Source of the DNA: Azolla caroliniana
Lineage: Eukaryota; Plantae; Polypodiophyta
DNA length: 64,000 nucleotides
Direction of reading: 5' to 3'
Assembly (NCBI GenBank): GCA_043228905.1
Contig: JBHGNT010000014.1
Coordinates: 4,712,001-4,776,000 of the forward strand
Below are positions 52,338-64,000 of this stretch, piece after piece. The first letter of the stretch is position 1, and each line of letters begins with the position of its first letter. Made by a program: the position numbers and the translations under genes. The notes beneath the pieces were generated by a model. The model saw only the letters and a program-made list of their open reading frames with translations. It ran no database searches and was not told the origin of the DNA.

Positions 52338-55300
52338 TGTTACGGGCATGACCATATAATATCCCGTGGTCAGAATTTACCGTAGTATTCTATACACATG
52401 GATAAGTGTGAGGGTTAAACAAGAGTGTAAAGAAGGGGAGGATTACTTTTAATCCTCGAGATTGAGACAACCCATTAGGCCAAGTGTGAACATGGTTGGG
52501 GGCCTTGGGTATCGCTATAAATAAGAGGCCTAGCTACCCTCATTGGATGATCTTGTTGACTACATCGAGACTCTGTCTTGTGGTGGGTCAACTCTTGTAG
52601 CGAGTGCGCCAGCACCAGGTACGACTCGACGCCACGGCGGTGGTATGGGACGCCGATCAAGGCTCGAGTCTGTCTCGATCCCTTTTTTCGGGGGTGGTCG
52701 GGTGGATCATCACCCTTCTTTCTCTCTCTCATTTCTATCTATTTATCTATATTCTATCCTTATCTAATGCTTACATTAGTACATGTCTCTAATAGTTGGT
52801 ATCAGAGCTCATTTTCTAATGTTTCTTTTGTTGTCTTTTGTGTTCTTGATTGATGGCGATCGATCTACGTGCGGTCGGCCTTCATGCAGACAAGGATCAA
52901 CAAAGGAACTTCGGTAATCTTTCTTGTTTTTTTTTGTCTATTTTTTCTTCTCCCATTTAATCATGTGTATGGTTAGTATGTAGATTTTTTTCATTAATTC
53001 AATGATGTTGTAGTGGTAATTCATTGGTTGTATAAAACGTTTACATATGTGTATGAGGTCAATACCTCATTTGACGTATATTGAATATGTGATGAGTGTC
53101 GTATGCGCACGAGGTTAATACCTCAATTGCGTATTACATTCACAAACATATGTTACGTTTGCGTATGAGGTCAATACCTCGATTCGTTGTAAATGATATG
53201 CATTTGGTCTCGTATGCGTAAGAGGTCAATACCTCAATTGCGTATTACGATTAACCCTTATTTTTGGATGTCTCGTGTGCGTAGAGGTATATGCCTCGAT
53301 TACGTATCTCGATTACGTCATTTTTGGCTATTAAATATAATGATTTGTTTAATATACGCATATGTGGTCACATGTATACGTAGTTGATCGTATATATGTG
53401 ATAATATACATATGTGTATATAAGTTATTACATGATTTTAAATCGATTGTTTTCCTTTTCGGGGAAAGGATCTTGGTGGCCATCCTCACATTTTTGTGAG
53501 AATAGCGTTGTCACCATCCCTTTTTTCAACAATTTTTTATTGTTGAAATCCCCGTTGGTGACTTCGATATTTCGTTACGTAAAGAAACGCCTATAGCCAT
53601 AATGATGTTGAGTACGTAGGGCTTGACCCACTTCATGTGAGGTCGCTCCTATGACACACATATCCAAGATCCCTCCCTCATTATATGGATACGATGCCAC
53701 CATGAGATCATTCTTACGAGAGGCATTCGTAATGTCGTGACCATGTGATGGGCCACGTGGGCCTACTACGAAAAGAGGGCTCATTTGGCTTGACCATTAG
53801 GTTGCACTTTGGCGTATGCCATCGTAATTACGAGACTTGAGGTTAGGTAACGTACCAACATAGTTGTAGTAAATGAGGGCGAAATAAGGACTCTTGACAT
53901 ATATGTTTCTTTTAAAAAAACATATATGGGCAAATGCCTTGCATATCTCTTATACGCATGAAACATTAAACATTCAAAGAAGAGCAATCTACTTGGTTGG
54001 CTCAAGTGTTTAATGTATTTGTTCTTGAGTTCTCGAGTTCAAATATGACCAAGACCATACAACATCGTTGATAAATATGACTATAACACATGTTTAGACT
54101 TAAGGTCTAAGTGCACTTCGGGGTCCTCGTAATAGGACTTAAAGAGCCGAAACCACATATCTGGGCACCGAAACATAGTTTATTGTTAACATTTTTTTCG
54201 TGTATAAACTATTCATGACGCGAACATACATGGTTGAGCCTTGGGGAGCCGCCATGAAAAAATTGATATACAGATCAGGGAAAGACATTCATTTGTCACC
54301 CCCATGGTTTTTAAAACACCTTTGTGTTACCATAGTAACCTGATCTTGAACCTCATCCCATACGTCTAGAGGGGTATTGACGTGAGATAATGATATCGAT
54401 TAATGTTCACCCATGATATGTTTACATCACGACATGATGTTATGACTATCTCTCTGACCTTATCCTATTTCTTTTCCAGAAATAATCAGTTAATGGCTCA
54501 AAATAACGACCCGATGTCATCCACTCAAGCGGAATGAACTCAAGGGAATCCTCCTAGACAAATGTCCATTGAGATGTATTTTTCGCAAATAAGCCAATAC
54601 CTTAGTTTCACCGCTCAACAGATGACCGAACTTCGGCAATCTCAAAGTGCTCTCGAGGCACGTGTCATTAGTTTACAACGTGAGACTAATAGACCTGATG
54701 AGCAACAAGGTGAACCATCGTTTGTCGTTAAGCCATTTAAGGGAGACAAAAAGGAAAGAACCGAAGAAGCAATCTGCACGTGGCTGGGCCGATGGGAGTC
54801 TCATTTTGAGCTCTATCCCACGCTAGATAGTACGAAGATTGCATATGTCGGCCGAGAACTAGGGGGTAAGGTCGCCGCTTGGTGGTGTGGGCTCCGTACT
54901 TTGGGGAAATTGCCCGATACCTGGACAGATTTTGTCACAGTTTTTAAGGCCCAATTTCTACAACCTCCCTCTCGAATCGAGGCAACTCAAGCTTTAATGA
55001 ACCTCTCTAGCAGGAAGTTTTCCTCACTAGAAGACTATGTCCACCATGCTATAACCTAAATCCAAAAATCGGGTCTAGAAGGGGACAATTGGTTGATAGC
55101 TTGTTTTCTCAATGGCATCCCAAATTCGGACTATCACTGGATAGTGCACGATAATTATCCAAAATCCTTCGAAGAGGCCGTTGAAATAGTTCTTCGCTAT
55201 CAACGCACTTCAAAGAAGGACCACAACAAACCCAACGAAGCGCCCGGGACTAAGCAGTCGCAATTCGCTGGGAAACGCAAGACACCCAATGAATTCATGG

Positions 55301-58300
55301 ATCGCGATTGTAAGCGACAACATCCTTTTTTCGTATTCTGCAAAAAGAAGGGTCATACAAAAGAGCAATGTCGAAAGCTCCAACGGAAAGAGCACAACAA
55401 CAAAGCTAAAGCTGCAAACCATAAAGGTCAGATTCCTAATGTCCTTCAGGTCTATACACATCATTTAAGTAATTGTCAATGTTCTTTCCCTCACTATGTA
55501 TTGGGCCCCAATGATTTACTACGTGCAAACAGACATATCAATGGATCTCCTGTACAATTTTTGTTTGATTCGGGAATCTCACACAATTTTGTGAATGATC
55601 GTTTGGTTCAGATATGGGGAATCCAACCCACCGTAAGTGATCACACCTATACGGTGCACTTGGCTGATGGAATAGTACAATACATCAACGTGGTGATTCA
55701 TTCATTAGGAATTTCTATTGATACTTATATAGCGGAAGTAGACTTCCATGTAATGAATCTTTGTACCACTGATGTAATATTGGGTTATCCCTGGTTCTAT
55801 AATAAAAAATCTTCTTTATCTATTGATTGGGTTCATCATTCAATAACATTTGTACTAAACGATTGTACTCATTTTATTCAAGGTGTAAAAAAACAATCCC
55901 TCTCGATTGTTTCCTCTCCATCAATATTTGAGTTGTCTTATTCTACTCTATTTTAGTGTGTACTTGATCCGGACATTCACGTTTACAATATCGATAATGT
56001 CTCGGTTCAATTAACATATTTTGAACAACAACAACGTGATGAAATCTTAAATGATTTTCGTGATGTTTTTCCGAGTGAACTACCAGATGGGTTACCTCCT
56101 AAACGTAATATAGACCATCGTATAGATATTGTACCTAGCGTTGCACCAATAAGTATATCGCCTTATCGCTTAAGTCGATCTGAAGAGTATGAGGTATCTA
56201 AGCAACTCAAGGACTATTTACGAATGGGTTATATACGTTATAGTAAATCTCCATGGGGTACACTAGTTCTCTTGGTTAAAAAGAAAGAGGGCACATGGCG
56301 TATGTGTATTAATTACCGACGCTTGAATAAAGTGACGATCAAGAATTTGTATCCATTGCTTCGGGCTGACGATCTAATTGACCATCTCTAGGGAGCTCGG
56401 TATTTTACGAAACTTGATCTCTGTACTGGCTAGCATCAAATTTGTATAAGTGAGGATGATGTTCCTAAACGGCATTTCGTACATGCTATGGCCATTATGA
56501 GTTTTTGGTTATGCCTTTTGGTTTGACCAATGCTCCGGCTACATTTCAACAAGAAATGAATGACATTTTACGAGAAAAACTTGGAAAATTTGTCGTTATT
56601 TTCTTGGATGATATTTTAGTTTATAGCCGTACATTACAAGAACATGTCCGCTTTGTTTTACAAACATTGTGTGACAACCAGTTTTACGCGAAGATCTCAA
56701 AATGTGAGTTCTTCAAGAAATCAATTACTTATCTTGGACATCTCATAACCGAACGAGTAGTTGAAATTGATCCTTCTCGCATCGAGAAAATCAAGCTTTG
56801 ACCCACTCTTCGGAATATTCGAGAAGTTCGATCATTCCTTGGTTTTGTCAGGTTTTTGCGAAAATCCCTTCGTAATTACTCCCAATTGACGACATCGTTT
56901 ATTGATCTTCTAAAAGGTCAAATGCATAAGTCTACAAAACCTATTGTTTGGAACGTAACACTAGACCTCGCCTTTAAGGAACTCAAGGACTTGGTGTGCA
57001 AGGCTCCTTCACTTCTTTTACCTGATCCTTCGAAACCTTTTGAGGTTGAAACCGATGCAAGCAATTATGCTATAGGTGTTGTCTTATATCAAGATGGTAA
57101 GCCAATAGCATTTGAGAGTAAGAAACTTGATTCCGCTCAATGTCGGTATACCGTTCAAGAAAAGGAATTATTTGCAGTTATACATGCGCTCAAAACATGG
57201 CGCCATTATCTTTATGGAAATCGCTTTGTGGTAACTATGGATCACGAGTCCTTGAAATATTTTTGTGACCAACAAGACCTGAAAGGTCGTAAGGCACAAT
57301 GGGCTGATCTCATCCAAAACTTTGATTTTTCCATGCGATATCGTAAAGGTTCCATGAACACTATCGTTGATGCACTAAGTCGCATCCGTGAAGTTAACAT
57401 GCTTAGCTTCACTGAAGTAACATCAGATCTTTATGATCACCTTCGAGGAAAGTATCCTGATGATAGTTATTTTGCGAAATACTGGGCAAGAGTTGAGTCT
57501 GGAACAGACACCACCACATCCTCGAAGGAATACTTCCACATTGCTAACGGTCTGCTCTACCATAATGGGAAGGTTTGTGTTCCAGATTTACCTGAGGTCA
57601 AAAAGAGGATTCTTTTTTAATGCCATGATGCACCCTCAGCAGGGCACCTTGGAATACATCGTACACTCGTTCTCATCTCCACTCAATTTTATTGGCCTAA
57701 GATGCGTCTTGACATACATAGCTATGTGACTAAATGTCACCAATGTCAGGTTAACAAAGCCGAGCGACTTAAAGCCGCAGAACTTTTACATCCCTTGGAC
57801 ATTCCCAATAATAAGTGGGAAAGTATATCCATGGATTTTATTGTTAGCCTTCCTCGCACCCAAAAAGGTCATGATGCCATCTAGGTTGTGGTTGATAGAC
57901 TAACTAAAATGGCCAGATTTATTGCTACTAGAAACACGATAACAGCTCCTGAATTGGCTTACCAATTCGTTGACGAGTTATTTCGTTTTTATGGATTACC
58001 AATGGATATCGTGAGTGATCGAGATCCAAAGTTTACTAGTGACTTTTGGATGCAAGTCTTTACGAAGTTAGAAACTACATTGAGCATGAGTTCCACAGAT
58101 CATCCTCAATCCAATGGACAGACAAAACAAGTAAATCAAATTATTGAGGACATGATTCGAGCATATGTTGGTGCAAAACCAACAAAATGGGAACGTTATC
58201 TCCCAATTTTGGAGTTTGCTTATAACAACTCAAAGCATACGTTGACGGGATATAGTCCTTTTATGTGGATGTATGGTTTTCAGCCATGAGCCCCGATTGA

Positions 58301-59356
58301 TGTTAATATACATCATGATGAGTTGCGAAGTACACAAAACTTTCTTCGGGATATGCAAGATATGTTGCATATTGCACGAGATAATATAAAAATAGCTCAA
58401 GATAGAGCATGTTTTTATGCCGATCATCATAGGCAACCTCGTGTATTGAACCTTGGACAGAAGGTAGTTTTACGTGTACTTCACAATTCTAAGACATTGT
58501 CTACGAGTAAGTGCGCTAAGTTAGCCCCACGGTTTTGTGGACCATTTACAGTCCTCAAATGCATTGGGTCATCAGCCTATCGTCTCGCTCTTCCCGATGG
58601 TGTTGGAATTCATCCAGTCTTTCATGTGAGTCGTCTAAAAGAACTTCTAGGTTCTGGCGATAATATAGTTACAACTGAAACTCTGGTTACTTCTAAAGAT
58701 TTATCTTCTAAACCACATGTACTAGAAAGAATTCTCGATGTTAAAACAAAAAAATTACGTACTAAAGAACTCCGAGAATTTAAAATAAAATGGATGGATA
58801 AATCAATAAAAGATGCCACATGGGAACGCGAAAATACTCTCAGAACTAACTTCCCTAACTTTCCATTGCAAGAGTGCAATGTTTTAAAGAGGGGGAGTAT
58901 GTTACGGGCATGACCATATAATATCCCGTGGTCAGAGTTTACCGTAGTATTCTATACACGTGGATAAGTGTGAGGGTTAAACAAGAGTGTAAAGAAGGGG
59001 AGGATTACTTATAATCCTCGGGATTGAGACAACCCATTAGGCCAAGTGTGAACATGGCTGGGGGCCTTGGGTATCGCTATAAATAAGAGGCCTAGCTACC
59101 CTCATTGGATGATCTTGTTGACTACGTCGAGACTCTGTCTTGTGGTGGGTCAACTCTTGTAGCGAGTGTGCCAGCACCAGGCACAACTCGACACCACGAT
59201 GGTGGTATGGGACACTGATCAAGGCTCGAGTCCGTCTTGATCCCTTCGCTCGGGGGTAGTTGGGTGGATCGACACCCTTATTTCTCTCTCTCCTTTCTAT
59301 CTATTTATCTATATTCTATCCTTACCTAATGCTTATATTAGTACATGTCTCTAATA
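52338..59356 (+). mobile_element. Full-length degenerate chromovirus copy B nested in Copia gag; LTRs 52338-52794 and 58900-59356
   Basis: 457-bp LTRs; TSD AAGGT/AAGGC; PBS TGGTATCAGAGC; gag, FDSG protease, FLDDIL RT, RNase H, integrase (SDRDPKF, GPF), chromodomain (IKW..ATWE); PPT AAAGAGGGGGAG. Confidence 0.95.
53992..54053 (+). ncRNA. tRNA-like element in the chromovirus leader (paralogue at ~49655-49716)
   Basis: CTTGGT...ACCAAG terminal stem; A-box-like TGGCTCAAGTG; B-box-like GAGTTCAAAT. Confidence 0.45.
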
Positions 59357-62300
59357 AAGGCCGTAATGGTCGGTAGACTCAAGAGCGTAACCCCACCAAT
59401 GGCAAGTGGACAGGAACAGTCCTAGAGAGTTCGGCAAAAGGGGGAGTCATCACGTCGGACCGAGCAATCGTAACAACCCGATCGAATGTGGGTACTGTGG
59501 AAAACACAACCACTATGAAGAGGAGTGCCGGAAAAAGGTACGAGACTCAGCTTCAACTAGCCAACAACTCACGAAATACGCAAGAATGTACTGCATGTCC
59601 CCACCATCACGAAAAACCTGGTCTCAGTTGGCCAGATTGTCGAACAAGGAATGCAAGTACGATTCAACAATGACGGGTGCTTCATCAAAAGGTGCGGTCA
59701 AGTCATAGCTCACAGTCGACGAGAAGGCCGTATGTTTTTCCTCAAATTGAATGAGGTAAAGTCAACAGTGTTCGCAAAGGGCCTCAAAATTGAAACGGAC
59801 TTAAATTTGTGGCACAAAAGAATCGGCCACATCAATCTCCAAAAACTTCAGAACATGCAATCGAAAGGAGTCGTAATCGGACTCCCAAACTTTACTGTGA
59901 AGGAGATTATGGGCGTATGCGAAGTGTGCCAGTTCGGAAAGCAACGCCGACATCCATTCCCGAAAGAGCGGAATGTGAGCAAAGGGATCCTGGATGTCAT
60001 ACATTCAGGTGTATTGGGACCAGCCCAGACAAGCACACTCGGTGGATGCCGATATTACATTACGTTCATCGACGACTTCTCCAGGAACACTTGGATCTAC
60101 CTGATGAAACAAAAGAGCAAAGTGTTCGGATACTTCCAGAGATTCAAAGCCGAAGTCGAAAAAGCTACGGATCGGTATGTATGCTGCCTTCGATCGAATG
60201 AAGGCAAAGAATAATTTTCGGATGAGTTTACGGCGTATCTCCGAAAGGAAGGAATCCGATGAGAATTCTCATGCCGTCACACACCTCAGTAGAACGGCGT
60301 AGCTGAGCGTAAAAACTGACACATAGTAGAACTCGCACGAGCTATGATGAATGAGAAGAACCTGCCGAAATTGTACTGGGCAGAAGCGGTGAACATGGTT
60401 GTATACCTCATGAATAGGTGCACAACCTCGCGAGTACACGACGTAACTCCTCATGAGAAGTCCTTTGGAAAGAAGTCGGACTTATCACATGTCCGCATTT
60501 TCGGCGCAATCGCTTACGTGCATATTCACGATGATACGCGACAAAACCTCGACCCAAAGTCGGAGAAATGTATCCTCGTAGGATACTCACTCGAACAGAA
60601 GGGGTACAAATGCTACAACCCATCTACCCGAAAAGTTTGAACAAGTCGAGACGTAGTCTTCGACGAATACGCATCCTGGTACGCACCAGAGAATACTTCG
60701 ACTCCAACTCTGCTCGACACGGATGACGCCAAAATAGAAATAGAAGTTGAGGATCAGCTCACGCAGATGTTCGAAGACAACCCAATTTCGACACGGCTGA
60801 ATGGGCCATCAGAGCCGCCAAGCGATCAAAGCACATGTCGGTCGAGTCTAAAGCTGGACAAAGGGAAGGCGAAAATGCGGGAATATGAAGATCAGGAAGA
60901 GACTGAGGTGCTTCACTCTCCCGACAGTGAATTTGAAGGTCTCAACACTCACACAAATGGAGCGAGGAAAGCCATAGTCCCCACGGATGCAGAGCTACGC
61001 CGGTCCACCCCTGGAAAGAACCTCGTACATGGCATACCATTACGCATTCATGATGAAGGTAGGAGTGTCAGTAGAGGAGCCGGAGACGCTTTCCGAAGCC
61101 GTAAAGGATCCGCGATGGGTCGATGCGATGAATGAGGAAATGGAAGTGTTATGCAAAAACGAAACCTGGGATCTCGTTCTTCACCATCCGAACAAGAAAG
61201 CAATTGGCTGCAGGTGGATTTACAAAGTGAAACACAATGCCGACAATTCTGTAAATCGCTTTAAAGCACGGCTCGTTGTGAAAGCATACGCGCAAACGCA
61301 CGACATCAACTATGAAGAGACCTTTGCCCCGGTGGCAAAGATGACAACTGTGCGGACGGTAATTGCAATCACGGAAGCAAAAGGGTGGCACCTCCACCAG
61401 ATGGACGTCAAGAACACCTTTCTTCAAGGTGAATTGGAAGAGGAGGTGTACATGATCCAACCACCCGGTTTTGAATCACGCAATCATCTGAACGCCATGT
61501 GTTGATTCAAGAAGCCTCTCTACAGCCTCAAACAAGCACCATGTGCGTGGCACTCGAAGATCACGCAATATCTTCATTAGATCGGATTTTGAATGTCAAA
61601 ATCCGACACTTCTCTGTACATCCGAAATGAGTCGGATAGCCTGATTGTCATCATCCTTTACGTGGATGATTTGGTCATTAGAGGAAAGGATCTTGTCGAG
61701 ATTAACAATGTCAAATCACTTCTTTTCGGCAGATTCGAAATGAAAGACCTGCACAAGGTCCATTACTTCCTTGGCATTGAAGTAATTTGGACACCAGTCG
61801 GAATAATGATTTCTCAACGGCACTACATTCTCAACCTTCCGTACAAGTTCGGAATGACCGAGTGCAAACCTGTGTCTACCCCTCTCGATCATAATCTCAA
61901 GATTGATGCCAATTCCGACATAGCTGAGTGCGAGTCAAGTCAATATCGTCAACTCATCGACAACTTAATCTATCTCACCATTACGGGGCACGACCTAAGT
62001 TATTCGGTCGGCCTACTTAGTCAATTCATGCAGAATCTGCGAAACTTTCCTCTCGATTGCACTAAGAGGATACTCCGGTATATTAGTACGACGATGTATT
62101 ACGACATTATGTATCAGTCAAATACGACCATTCGACTCGAAGGATACACAAACGCGGATTGGTCAGGATACAAAGCGGATAGACGATCCACATCTGGATT
62201 TGTCTTCTCCCTTGGTAGCGGAGCGATCTCCTGGAGCAGTAAGAAGCCGCCGAAAGTCGCATTGTCGAGCACGGAAGCCAAATATAGGGGCGCGATAGTC

Positions 62301-63024
62301 GCCGCATGTGAAGCCGTATGGCTCAAGCGTATTCTGAAGGATCTGGGTGTACCCATCAAAGATCCGATTCGCCTATACTGCGACAACATGAGCAACATCT
62401 ACTTGGCATGAAACCCCATATTTCACGCACATATTAAGCATATCGAAGTGCTCTACCACTTCATCCGCGAGCGCGTACAGGTCGGAGAAATCGATCTACT
62501 ACATATCAATACGCACCTCCAGATTGCTGATATTTTTACGAAGGCCTTAGGAGTCGACAAGCTTGGGCAATTCACATCGGATCTTGGTCTCACGATATCC
62601 ACATTGCCAAGCTTGAGGGGGAGTATTGTGAGCGACACGCGCACTATACGCAATTGATCAAGTACACAACATGCAACAATACGTGAGTATGCAACACGTA
62701 GTTAATTGAACCGAGCACGAAGCCGAAATGCCGAACAATCCAGTTCGAGGATTACGAACGCCGGAATCTGGATTCCGAAGACCGAACCGAAACAACTTTT
62801 CGACAAATGGAAGTTGTGTTCGAAGGGGCGTGTTGAGAGTTGAACTCAGCTTCCCATAGTAATAGGTTTCACACTAGCTTATGGTCATACCATGCTAGTT
62901 TTGTAAATAGTAGAAAGGGCACTTGCCCTAGTTTAATTGGTATTTAAACCAAACCCTTGTAACTTAGTTATTGTTGGAAGTATTTTGGTTAATGTAACAT
63001 ACAATCTTTTATCTCTATCTTAAG

Positions 63025-63058
<34 letters not shown>

Positions 63059-63066
63059 TTTGCCTT

Positions 63067-63097
<31 letters not shown>

Positions 63098-64000
63098 GTC
63101 CTTCCGCTGCATCTCAGCCACTCTTGCTCCTCATTTCTTTACAATCATACCAAAGGCTTCTCGCTCATTCATGGAGTAATTACGTTCGACGACTGAAAGC
63201 TTCCGGCTTCAGTAATAAACTAGCTGACACCAATTTGGTTTAGTCAGTTGCATAAGCACGCTGTCGATCGTGATATCCGACACATCCACGAACACGTGGA
63301 ACGATCGCAGTCAATCTGGGGGTTGTACAACATGTGCCTGTGTTAGCATAACCTTTAAGGCCATGTATGCCTTGTCTTGCATCTTGGTCCATCTGAACGG
63401 TGTTCGGTGTACTGTCACATGTAGAGGTGTCACAAAGTTGGCCAGGTTGCGCAACATCCGACTATGCCAGTGGATCTGTCTGAGGAAGCGGCTTAGGGCC
63501 TTGGCATTCTTTGGGGTTGGTGCCTCGATAATTGCCTTGATCTTCCCTGGATCGATCACAATGCCTTCACAACTTACTATGTGTCCGAGGAGGGCACCAC
63601 TTGTCACGCCAAACACACATTTTGCCGGATTGAGGCTTAGCCGTGCTGAACGGCATCGCTCCAAGCATAACCGTAGGTGCTGTAGATGCTCACTATGCAT
63701 GTCGTACACCACAAAATCATTGAGGAAAACTTTCATAAAGGCAGATATGTATTCACCGAAAATTTCTGTGATGATGCATTGAAATGTTGTTGGCGCCGTT
63801 TTGAGACCAAACATCATCACTACGGCTACGAATACGCCCCACTCTATCACTCGGGCTACATACGGATTTGATTGTAGTCACTGAAGCCATATAAAAAACT
63901 ATACATCTCGTGTCCAGCTACTGCGTCGAGTACGCCATCCGTGAATGGTAAGGGAAATGCATCAATTATCGTCACCGTGTTCAATTTTCTATAGTCGACG

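Larger units (their letters stand above)
51305..63143 (+). mobile_element. Full-length degenerate Copia; LTRs 51305-51587 and 62831-63143
   Basis: TG..CA LTRs; TSD ATCAT; PBS TGGTATCAGAGC (tRNA-iMet); gag, integrase, RT (MDVKNTFL, YVDD) and RNase H (SSTEAKY, ADIFTKAL); PPT. Confidence 0.95.
51081..64000 (-). mobile_element. Non-chromovirus Gypsy pol (RT-RNase H), split by the Copia insertion into 63149-64000 and 51081-51304
   Basis: DAFPLPFTDGVLD, VMMFGLKTAP and ERNYSMNERE in the right piece continue across TSD ATCAT as MIYSINKFRHYLLGRKF..DH..ARW..QEF..DYLSR. Confidence 0.85.

Noticed and set aside
52342-52372. Pseudoknot at the LTR start (ACGGG/CCCGT, TGACC/GGTCA)
   Set aside because: Loop geometry is atypical and the pairing is not conserved in copy A.
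53575-54005. Antisense extra ORFs in the chromovirus leader
   Set aside because: They are short and have no recognisable domain. The 53575-53784 frame has a stop in copy A.

Overview
AT-rich eukaryotic DNA, very probably from a non-seed land plant such as a moss, lycophyte or fern (inferred from Tcn1-type chromoviruses, plant-type L1/Copia and plant-type gene structures). Two intact-looking spliced host genes can be reconstructed: a 4-exon Elongin-B-like ubiquitin-fold gene (+, 3984-8348) and an 8-exon signal peptidase SEC11 gene (-, 38727-47222). Most of the rest is decayed or nested transposable elements: a hAT MITE, three copies of one L1 family, an intron-containing Sola2-like DNA transposon, Copia elements, Tcn1-like and Met-primed chromoviruses, an RTE-like LINE in a SEC11 intron, and a three-level LTR nest at 51-64 kb. 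The most unusual recurring signal is a tRNA-like Pol III A-box/B-box cassette in the U3 region of five LTRs of different sequence, and also in the leader of a chromovirus. All calls were made by eye without database searches, so clade names are motif-based.
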